Shown here one piece after another: positions 32,613 to 39,666 of a stretch of 39,666 nucleotides of DNA. Under the pieces are notes generated by a model. It saw nothing but the letters and a program-made list of their open reading frames with translations. It was not told the DNA's origin and did not search any database. Position 1 is the first letter of the stretch, and each line of letters starts with the position of its first letter. Source of the DNA: Actinomycetota bacterium (GTDB taxonomy: Bacteria > Actinomycetota > Aquicultoria > Subteraquimicrobiales > Subteraquimicrobiaceae); assembly GCA_040755895.1 (NCBI GenBank), contig JBFMAG010000028.1:1-39666 (forward strand). The letters are read 5' to 3'. A program made the position numbers and the translations under genes.

Positions 32613-32824
32613 ATGAAAATAGCTTATTTTGATTGCTTTTCGGGAATATGGCGACATGGTCTTGGGTGCACTTTTAGATGCCGGGCTTCCCATCGAGGTG
32701 CTCCGAACCGAACTCGAGAAGCTTCCGCTCAAAGATTATGAAATAAAGGCGAAAAAGTGGAAAAATTGACATCGCCACACTAAAGTATGCATTCAAGCTC
32801 AAGAAAAGTATCGTGCGTGTTTGA
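32613..32824 (+). pseudogene. larC: larC (nickel-pincer cofactor nickel insertase, DUF111) N-terminal remnant with two frameshifts
   Basis: Three segments in three frames: MKIAYFDCFSGI / GDMVLGALLDAGLPIEVLRTELEKLPLKDYEIKAKK / GKIDIATLKYAFKLKK. Together they reproduce the conserved LarC N-terminus (..DCFSGISGDM.LGAL.DAG..). The remaining ~330 codons expected from a typical ~400-aa LarC are absent. Confidence 0.65.
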
Positions 32825-32901
32825 AGAGTAAAATCCCTTTACCTTGATCTTTAATGATTCCTCGCGAAGCTGACCTGGAATAGAAAGACCGGGGAAGGTG
32901 G

Positions 32902-34260
32902 TCATTCAATTTGGCATCTCTTCAGCAAGTTATTCCAATCTTCGTCAACCTTAGCTTGAAATTCCTCCATGACGTGCCGATTCTCTGGTTTAAATAAATG
33001 TTTGAATCTGCCTTGGGGTTTGAGCCATTCCACGAGAGGTTTCTTCTCCTTAGGTTTATGCGTCAACCTCCAGTTGCCATTTTCTACTTCATAGAGTGGC
33101 CAGAAGCAGGTTTCCACGGCGAGTCTAGCCATCCTTATCGTTTGATTCGTGGGATATCGCCAGCCTCGAGGGCAGGGAGCCAAGATATTCAAAAAAGCGG
33201 GTCCTTCGGCATTGAAAGCCTTCTCAGCCTTGGTGACTAAATCCCGCCAGTGACTGGGGGAAGCCTGCGCCACATAGGGAATGTTGTGTGCGGCTACACA
33301 GGCCGTCAGATCCTTCCGGTTCTGCGTCTTGCCCGGTATCACCTTGCCCACAGGAGAAGTTGTCGTCCATGCTCCCAAGGGTGTGGCACTTGAGCGCTGT
33401 ATACCCGTATTGTGGACTACAATTCCGTCAGCAATGAAATTATGCTCGTCCTCTACTCTTAAATCTAAAGTAGGCTCACATCCTGCTAATCTTATATTTT
33501 TTATTTTTTCAGTGTCAAAATATTTATTTTCTAAATTTTTTAAAACGACGACTTCATCTCCGACCTTGATTTCTGCCAATGTTTTCCAGACAAAGCTATC
33601 TCTTCTACCTCTACCATTTCTTTTTAAAACTAAAAAAGGATGATTTGCGGTTGCTTTTATTGAATGGTGTAAGGTTTCAACTCCATAAACCTCTCTTATT
33701 CCGTTATCAAATACACCAGTGCATCTTCTCAAAACTAACTGATGAGTCTTTTGGTCGAAGGCATATATTTTATCTCCCTCTTTTACCTCGGTTATTTTCT
33801 TAAGCCCATTTTCAGTCATTATTAAACAAGAGGTGCTCAGACAATTCATATACGCTTGATTGTCATAGCAGACATAGACCATTCGGTGTCCTCTTTCAAA
33901 AACTCCGGAGAGGGCTTGGAGACCGATGTCATAGGTGCCACCATCTCCACCGAAAGCAACGAATCTTATATCTCTTCTATCCATTTTCCCCCTCCTCATC
34001 AGGACCCTATAAGCCGACTCCACACCACTTAAAGTCGCGGCGGCGTTCTCGAATGCATTGTGGATATAGGGAACTTCCCAGGCGGTTGAGGGATAGATCG
34101 TCGTGGAAACTTCAAGGCAACCCGTGGGACAGCAGACGACCACGGGTTTGTCGGTGGCCATAAGGACCTGCCTGACGATGATCGTGGCTCCACAGCCAGC
34201 GCAAAGCCTATGTCCAGAGGTAAATCTCTCCTCCCTAAAGGACAATTCCTTGATGCTCAT
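32902..34260 (-). CDS. porB: 2-oxoacid:ferredoxin oxidoreductase beta (TPP-binding) subunit, interrupted by a mini-intein
   Basis: CAGCG.., GGDGGTYDIG..YDNQAYMN and TGIQRSSATP..TTSP extein motifs. Length is 452 aa, against about 307 aa once the insert is removed. Substrate (pyruvate versus other 2-oxoacids) is not determinable. Confidence 0.88.
   Translation of the reverse strand: MSIKELSFREERFTSGHRLCAGCGATIIVRQVLMATDKPVVVCCPTGCLEVSTTIYPSTAWEVPYIHNAFENAAATLSGVESAYRVLMRRGKMDRRDIRFVAFGGDGGTYDIGLQALSGVFERGHRMVYVCYDNQAYMNCLSTSCLIMTENGLKKITEVKEGDKIYAFDQKTHQLVLRRCTGVFDNGIREVYGVETLHHSIKATANHPFLVLKRNGRGRRDSFVWKTLAEIKVGDEVVVLKNLENKYFDTEKIKNIRLAGCEPTLDLRVEDEHNFIADGIVVHNTGIQRSSATPLGAWTTTSPVGKVIPGKTQNRKDLTACVAAHNIPYVAQASPSHWRDLVTKAEKAFNAEGPAFLNILAPCPRGWRYPTNQTIRMARLAVETCFWPLYEVENGNWRLTHKPKEKKPLVEWLKPQGRFKHLFKPENRHVMEEFQAKVDEDWNNLLKRCQIE
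33409..33843 (-). mobile_element. Class 1 mini-intein (145 aa, no homing endonuclease domain) in porB
   Basis: It starts at Cys140 (CLSTSCLIMTENG, block A). Block B is TANHPFL, block F is LDLRVEDEHNFIA and block G is DGIVVHN. The +1 Thr of TGIQRS follows. The coding DNA is visibly more AT-rich than the flanking extein DNA. Confidence 0.85.
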
Positions 34261-35474
34261 GCGACCACCTCCACTTCTTTGAGCCCCAGGTAATCAAGGG
34301 GCTTCTCCACCTTTCCTCTCTTGGATATCTCAAGAAGAGCTTCAAAGGCACGCCTCGCGTGCTCCGGTTTAAACTCTCTGCCACCCAAACCATAGATGAA
34401 ATTGACCACTAGCGGTCGTTTTTCCAGATCATAAAGGGCCGCTTTCACTTCACCAAAGAGAGGACCAGCCGCACCGGGTGAGGTCGCTCGATCCAGCACC
34501 GCTACAGCCTTGAGATGCTGCAAAGCCTCACAGAGTTCCCGGGCGGGAAAGGGCCTGAAGACACGCAACTTAAGAACACCAACTGGATGACCTTCTTTTC
34601 TCATCATGTCCACGGTGTGCTTGCTTGTTCCCGCCGCCGAATTCAAGGCAATCACTGCGACCTCGGCATCATCCAACCTATACTTCTCAAAGAATCCATA
34701 TTCCCTGCCAGAAAGGGTCCTAAATTCCCTGCCAACCCTCAAAATGACCTCCTTAGAGCGCTCCATGGCCTCGATTTGAGCTAGCTTATGCTCGAAATAA
34801 AAACCGCCGAGACCATCAAAGGGTCCAAAGGTTACGGGATGCTCGACATCGAGTAAGGAGAAAGATGGTTTGTACTCCCCAACGAAGTTTTTCACACTCT
34901 CGTCTTCGAGAAGTTCAACGCGCTCAATGCTGTGGCTGACGATGAACCCATCCATATTCACCATGACCGGGAGGCGCACTTTCTCATCCTCACCGATTCG
35001 AACGGCTTGAATTATATTGTCGTATGCCTCCTGAGCGCTTTCAGAATAGATCTGAATCCAGCTGGAATCCCTGGCTCCCATGCTGTCTGAGTGGTCGCAA
35101 TGGATATTGATGGGAGCGCTCAAGCAACGGTTGACATTGGTCATGATTATGGGGAATCTCATACCAGAGGCGACGTAAAGGATTTCCCACATCAAAGCCA
35201 AGCCTTGAGATGAAGTGGCCGTCATGACCCTGGCTCCCGCAGCCGCGGCTCCCACGCAAGCGCTCATAGCCGAATGCTCACTTTCAACCGCAATATACTC
35301 CGTATCCACCAATCCATCAGCCACGAAAGTGGCAAACTCCTCGGCGATATCAGTCTGAGGTGTAATGGGATAAGCCGCCACGACGTCGGGATTTATCTGC
35401 CTCATCCCTTGAGCAACGGCTGCATTTCCGGTGATGGCCACAATCTTCCCAGTGATTTTAGCCATCTGGCTCAC
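34257..35474 (-). CDS. porA: 2-oxoacid:ferredoxin oxidoreductase alpha subunit
   Basis: N-terminus ..GNAAVAQGMRQINPDVVAAYPITPQT... It overlaps the beta gene by 4 nt. Confidence 0.9.
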   Translation of the reverse strand: MSQMAKITGKIVAITGNAAVAQGMRQINPDVVAAYPITPQTDIAEEFATFVADGLVDTEYIAVESEHSAMSACVGAAAAGARVMTATSSQGLALMWEILYVASGMRFPIIMTNVNRCLSAPINIHCDHSDSMGARDSSWIQIYSESAQEAYDNIIQAVRIGEDEKVRLPVMVNMDGFIVSHSIERVELLEDESVKNFVGEYKPSFSLLDVEHPVTFGPFDGLGGFYFEHKLAQIEAMERSKEVILRVGREFRTLSGREYGFFEKYRLDDAEVAVIALNSAAGTSKHTVDMMRKEGHPVGVLKLRVFRPFPARELCEALQHLKAVAVLDRATSPGAAGPLFGEVKAALYDLEKRPLVVNFIYGLGGREFKPEHARRAFEALLEISKRGKVEKPLDYLGLKEVEVVA

Positions 35475-35748
35475 CGCCTTCTGCCATCTTTATGGCCTCT
35501 GGTGAGCATTCAACCGCGCAAATCCCACAACCCTTGCAATAATCATAGTCTATCCCAATCACCTTCCCCTCCTTAACCTTGATCGCTCCATCGGGACAGT
35601 AAATCCAGCAAACGAGACATTGCTTGCAGGTCTCCTCATTCCACACCGGGTGCTCCGAACGCCAACTCCCCGTTCTATACCATCGAGCCGTTCCGCCAAA
35701 GGGGATTAGCGCACCGGGCATCAACTTCTCCGCGCGCCATTCTTTCAT
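35458..35748 (-). CDS. porD: 2-oxoacid:ferredoxin oxidoreductase delta subunit (2x[4Fe-4S])
   Basis: CKQCLVCWIYCPD and CKGCGICAVECP motifs. Confidence 0.88.
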   Translation of the reverse strand: MKEWRAEKLMPGALIPFGGTARWYRTGSWRSEHPVWNEETCKQCLVCWIYCPDGAIKVKEGKVIGIDYDYCKGCGICAVECSPEAIKMAEGGEPDG

Positions 35749-36317
35749 TCGCTCTTCACCTCCTCAAAAGCTCGCCGAATGGCTCTAACGTTCCCCTCGA
35801 TGACTTTCGGCGAGAACTTATCCGCGAATACCTCCTGGAAATGCTCGGTTGTGCTCCCGAGATCCAGAACTTTGGTAGCCTTGATGAGAGCACCGATCAT
35901 AGGGGTGTTCGGGATGGGTCTTCCCAATTCCTCATGAGCGATGGTGGAGGCATCGACGGTGTAAACTTTCGCTTTTTCTAAACCGAGTCTTTCCTCGATC
36001 TTGGAAGGTGGTTCAGGCGTGTTCACTATGAGGACGCCATCTTTGGGCAATCCTTGAGCAACGTCAATGACATCGAGAAGGGTGGGATCTAAAACAACCA
36101 CGACTTTCGGATTTTCTATGCCGCAGTAAATGCGGATGGGGTCCGAAGAGAGACGAGTGAAAGCCTGAATGGGTGCTCCCATCCTCTCAGGTCCATATTC
36201 GGGGAAAGCCTGGACGTATCTTCCTTCGGCTAAAGCAGCTTCGGCTAGAAATTTGGCTGCGGTAACCGCTCCCTGACCTCCCCTCCCATGCCACCTTATC
36301 TCCACAAGTCTCTCCAC
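35745..36317 (-). CDS. porG: 2-oxoacid:ferredoxin oxidoreductase gamma subunit
   Basis: RWHGRGGQGAVTAAKFLAEAA motif. SD GGAGGTGA lies before GTG 36317. Confidence 0.88.
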   Translation of the reverse strand: MERLVEIRWHGRGGQGAVTAAKFLAEAALAEGRYVQAFPEYGPERMGAPIQAFTRLSSDPIRIYCGIENPKVVVVLDPTLLDVIDVAQGLPKDGVLIVNTPEPPSKIEERLGLEKAKVYTVDASTIAHEELGRPIPNTPMIGALIKATKVLDLGSTTEHFQEVFADKFSPKVIEGNVRAIRRAFEEVKSE

Positions 36318-36400
36318 ATCCTATCACCTCCAAAGATAAATTCTCTGAAATCGCCAGACTCAATAAAAAGTATAGGCTAAACATAAATCTCAATTAAGTC

Positions 36401-36463
36401 TCAAATTCAAAATCCAAAATGAAAGTGCAAAATGACAATCTAAAATTAAAATGTTTGAAATCT
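36401..36463. repeat. A-rich heptamer-phased tract, second copy (upstream of the por operon)
   Basis: tcaaatt/caaaatc/caaaatg/aaagtgc/aaaatga/caatcta/aaattaa/aatgttt. Roughly 35 of 40 positions are shared with 18283-18335. Confidence 0.6.
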
Positions 36464-36706
36464 GGCTGACCAGCATATTTTCAAATTCTCAAGCATTTTG
36501 AGAACGATTCAGCTGACTAACTTAACTGACAATATATTCCAATAAAGAATATTTGAAAACTATGTCCTCAATGTAATTTGCCAAAATTTGTGGTACATCC
36601 AGACTAAATAAAAAAATATACCCAATAACACAAAAAAGCATTTAAGATTGTGTGAGCGGTTGGTTTGAGCCAGCCAGTGGTTTGAACTCAAAAATATCCG
36701 AAGTCC

Positions 36707-37303
36707 CTACATTTCCCTTCTTCCTTCGAGGGCTTTACCCAAGGTGACCTCGTCGGCGTATTCCAGATCTCCTCCCACGGGCAGCCCACTGGCTATTCGG
36801 GTTACTTTCACTCCCAAGGGTTTAATTAATTTTGCGAGATACATGGCTGTAGCCTCGCCCTCGATGTTAGGATTGGTGGCGATGACTACCTCCTTTACCT
36901 CCTGACCCTTTAGCCGCTTGAGAAGTTCTCCAATCTTTATATCCTCGGGACTGATGCCCTCAATGGGAGAGATCGCCCCCTGTAGTACATGATAGAGTCC
37001 TTTAAACTCCCCCGTTTTTTCCAACGCTACGATGTCTCTTGGCTCTTCGACCACACAGATAATTGAACGGTCTCGCTCAGTATCTCGACAATATTGGCAG
37101 ATCTCTTCGTCCGTGACATTGAAACAAATTTTGCAAAATTTTATCTTTTCCTTTACCTTGAGTATGGCTTCAGCGAGCTTTTTCACATCCGCAGGAGGTG
37201 CCTTGAGCATATAAAAGGCGAGTCTTTGAGCCGATTTTGGTCCGATCCCCGGAAGCTTAGACAGCTCTTCGATTAAATTTGCCACGGGCGTAACATAGTA
37301 CAT
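36707..37303 (-). CDS. recR: Recombination protein RecR
   Basis: [14 protein letters not shown] HhH motif, a C4 zinc finger (CKICFN..CQYC) and a Toprim domain. SD AGGTGG fits ATG 37303 better than GTG 37312. Confidence 0.92.
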   Translation of the reverse strand: MYYVTPVANLIEELSKLPGIGPKSAQRLAFYMLKAPPADVKKLAEAILKVKEKIKFCKICFNVTDEEICQYCRDTERDRSIICVVEEPRDIVALEKTGEFKGLYHVLQGAISPIEGISPEDIKIGELLKRLKGQEVKEVVIATNPNIEGEATAMYLAKLIKPLGVKVTRIASGLPVGGDLEYADEVTLGKALEGRREM

Positions 37304-37396
37304 GAATCCCACCTTTGTGGATCAGGAAGGAGGGAGAAGTCTAGAGGGAAATCCTTTCCCCTCATCCCTTTAGACTCATCCCTTATCCCTGATAGA

Positions 37397-37729
37397 TTAG
37401 AAGAGTCCAGGGATGCTCAGTCCCCCGGTTAACCGACTCATTTTCTCCGTCGCTAAATCCCGAGATTGGCGGAGGGCTTGGTTGACTGCAGCCAATATCA
37501 TTTCCTCCAGTATTTCAACATCATTGGGATCCACTGCAGCCGGATTTATCCTTATTCCCAGAATCTCTTGCTGACCATTGACCACTGCAGTGACCATCCC
37601 GCCACCAGCGCTTACTTCCAGCCTTTCCTTTGCCAACTCCTCTTGTATCTTGGCAATTTCCTCCCGCATTTTCTGAATTTGCTTGAGCATCCTACCATAA
37701 TTTCCCTTCACCTTGGCACCTCTTTTCAC
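37397..37729 (-). CDS. ybaB: YbaB/EbfC nucleoid-associated protein
   Basis: MLKQIQKMREE..VSAGGGMVTAVVNG pattern. The GTG start overlaps the dnaX stop (GTGA). Confidence 0.88.
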   Translation of the reverse strand: MKRGAKVKGNYGRMLKQIQKMREEIAKIQEELAKERLEVSAGGGMVTAVVNGQQEILGIRINPAAVDPNDVEILEEMILAAVNQALRQSRDLATEKMSRLTGGLSIPGLF

Positions 37730-39492
37730 TGTGTTTCTTTAAATTCATCTATGATCTCGGCATCGAAACTGTCCTGAACCAATTTCACTATCGAGGATTC
37801 GGAGGGTTCTTCCACATCCGAATCATCCTGTAAGTCCTCCATCAAGGAATCCTTTTGAGCGATTTCGTCCTGAACGATGGAGACCCTCTCCTTTTTCTCC
37901 TCTAACACACAGAGAATCTCAACATCGACCTCCAGGATTTCCTTCAGTGATTGCTGCACAATTGCTAAGTTAGGGGGTTTTTCCACTTCATTTTTATGGA
38001 AATTCGCCCCCTCATTGAACTCTAAGATTATTGCTTTACCCTCAACTTTGGATGGCTTACATTCCAAAAGTAAAGCGTAGGTTGGAATTTTTTTCTTTTT
38101 GACCCGCTCCAAAATTACCGGCCAAGCTCTTTTCACCCTCTCTATGTCCACCTTCCTGCCACCGGTCGCAGGTTTCTCGTTTCCGGTTTTTCCCTCTTGT
38201 ACCGGGGTCGCTATGTCATCGCTACTCACAACCGGTGCCTTGCGCTCAGCCGCTTCTAATTTTGCTTCTTGTATCCTTTGCGCCATATCATGGTCGGGTT
38301 TTGAATCCGGCCTCTCTGAAGTTCTCTTTTCAACTCGTTCCCTGCTGGAGACCGCTTTCTCAAGTTCCTCAATTCTATAAAGCAAACCGTTCAGGGACAG
38401 ATCGACATCAAGTTTTATCATTTTCACCAGCGCCATCTCCAAGAGCAATCGGGCGTCAGGGTTCCACCGCATTTCGTTATGAGCTTCGGACAATATCTCC
38501 ATGAATCTTACTACTTCAAAGGGCTGAAAGTGATGCACTTGGACCTGCATTCTGGCGAAGGCCTCGGGTGTGGTATTTATGATCTCATCGGGGTCGTCGG
38601 CATTTTGAATCAAGAAAAGGTCTCGAAAATGCTCCGTGAGTTCCTTTGTAAACTGCCTGATGTCTCTCCCGCTCTCCAGCAGCCTATCCACAAAGAAAAG
38701 GGCATCCGTAATATCTCGTCTGGATATGATATCCGTAATTTCAAATAGAAGGTCTAAATCGATTAGTCCCAAAAGTGTGGTCACATCATCTATTTTTACA
38801 CTCTTCCCGCTAAAGGAGGAAAGTTGATCAAGAGTTCCTATGGCATCCCTTAAGGATCCTTGAGCTTGCTTGGCGATTAAAGGTAAGGCTGCTTCATCGA
38901 TCTTTATCTTCTCTTCATCGGCGATTCGACGAAGGTGCTTGACCATATCAGAAACCAAGATGCGCCTGAAATCAAATCTCTGACACCGAGAGAGAATCGT
39001 GGGAAGAACCTTATGGGGTTCGGTGGTGGCTAGAATAAATATCACGTGCGAGGGAGGCTCTTCGAGTGTTTTTAGGAGGGCATTGAATGCCTCCGGGGTG
39101 AGCATATGAACCTCATCTACGATATATACCTTTTTTCGACCCTCCGTTGGTGAAAAATGGACCTTTTCCCTTAAGCTCCGAATTTCATCGATCCCTCGAT
39201 TTGAAGCCGCATCTATTTCAAGAACATCCACACAGGAACCATTGGTTATTTGCTCGCAAATATGACAGTTATTACAGGGGGTTGGAGTGGGACCTTCAGC
39301 GCAGTTAACAGCCTTGGCAACGATTTTGGCTACGGTGGTCTTGCCCGTCCCCCTTGGTCCACAAAATAGGTAAGCGTGGGCAACTCGATTTTGTTGGATA
39401 GCATTGGCAAGGGTGCGCGTGATATGCACTTGGCCTACTACTTCCTCAAAAGTTTGGGGGCGCCATTTTCGGTAAAGTGATATATAAGCCAA
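37726..39492 (-). CDS. dnaX: DNA polymerase III subunit gamma/tau
   Basis: YRKWRPQTF, GPRGTGKTT, a zinc module (CAEGPTPTPCNNCHIC) and SRC sensor motifs. SD GAGGTGA lies before TTG 39492. Confidence 0.93.
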   Translation of the reverse strand: MAYISLYRKWRPQTFEEVVGQVHITRTLANAIQQNRVAHAYLFCGPRGTGKTTVAKIVAKAVNCAEGPTPTPCNNCHICEQITNGSCVDVLEIDAASNRGIDEIRSLREKVHFSPTEGRKKVYIVDEVHMLTPEAFNALLKTLEEPPSHVIFILATTEPHKVLPTILSRCQRFDFRRILVSDMVKHLRRIADEEKIKIDEAALPLIAKQAQGSLRDAIGTLDQLSSFSGKSVKIDDVTTLLGLIDLDLLFEITDIISRRDITDALFFVDRLLESGRDIRQFTKELTEHFRDLFLIQNADDPDEIINTTPEAFARMQVQVHHFQPFEVVRFMEILSEAHNEMRWNPDARLLLEMALVKMIKLDVDLSLNGLLYRIEELEKAVSSRERVEKRTSERPDSKPDHDMAQRIQEAKLEAAERKAPVVSSDDIATPVQEGKTGNEKPATGGRKVDIERVKRAWPVILERVKKKKIPTYALLLECKPSKVEGKAIILEFNEGANFHKNEVEKPPNLAIVQQSLKEILEVDVEILCVLEEKKERVSIVQDEIAQKDSLMEDLQDDSDVEEPSESSIVKLVQDSFDAEIIDEFKETQ

Positions 39493-39666
39493 TCATCTCA
39501 CCTCATGGGGGGTGAGCGGAATGCTCTTTCTCATTATAACAAAGAAAGCCTTGGATGGGCGCTTTCTTGAATTTTTGAAAAAGTTTTATTCCCCGAGTAA
39601 ATTTAGAAAACTGTCACGACACAAGTCAGCGTGCGCTTCACCCCTTCGATTCCTTGAATTTTAACG

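Noticed and set aside
39493-39666. SRP RNA (ffs) or another ncRNA upstream of dnaX, and a 21-codon minus-strand ORF tail (39603-39666)
   Set aside because: There is no GGUCCGGAAGGAAGCAGC-type SRP domain IV sequence. The ORF tail (..VKIQGIEGVKRTLTCVVTVF*) is too short to recognise. Only a 6-bp hairpin (CTCACC/GGTGAG, 39497-39516) overlapping the dnaX SD was seen, which is too weak to call.

Overview
A 39.7-kb chromosomal window from what looks like an uncultured strict anaerobe. It carries a class III ribonucleotide reductase, a four-subunit 2-oxoacid:ferredoxin oxidoreductase, [NiFe]-hydrogenase maturation genes and an SLH-domain envelope protein. The taxon cannot be fixed from sequence alone.

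Backbone genes: hypF, nrdD, a ccdA-like gene, a TPR gene and hypCDE lie on the + strand (5.5-13.7 kb). A long minus-strand run follows: a LytS/LytTR-type two-component pair, a TauE permease, a Clp1-like P-loop kinase, NUDIX, an AmmeMemoRadiSam-type radical SAM enzyme, a [FeFe]-hydrogenase-like sensor fused to GGDEF, YbaK, a TIGR00725/LOG-like protein, an MrfA-type DUF1998 helicase, asd-lysC, an envelope island, porGDAB, and recR-ybaB-dnaX.

Stand-out observations:
1. 2.4-5.2 kb is an integron-style gene-cassette array with no integrase in view. Four (perhaps five) attC-like sites have covarying stems. Each ORF is bracketed by complementary half-sites. The cargo includes a cytoplasmic trypsin-fold protease and a winged-helix/nuclease-like protein.
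2. The TPP-binding beta subunit of the oxidoreductase is interrupted by a canonical 145-aa mini-intein, inserted exactly at the YMN|TG cofactor motif.
3. A hydrogenase-like sensory domain is fused to a diguanylate cyclase.
4. Heptanucleotide-phased repeats occur in intergenic regions and, as in-frame 3x7-nt blocks, inside hypF.
5. There is a striking concentration of frameshifts, deletions and nonsense lesions in the nickel/cobalt-handling genes (cbiMQO, larC) and the envelope genes, while all housekeeping ORFs are intact.

No rRNA, tRNA or CRISPR array was seen.
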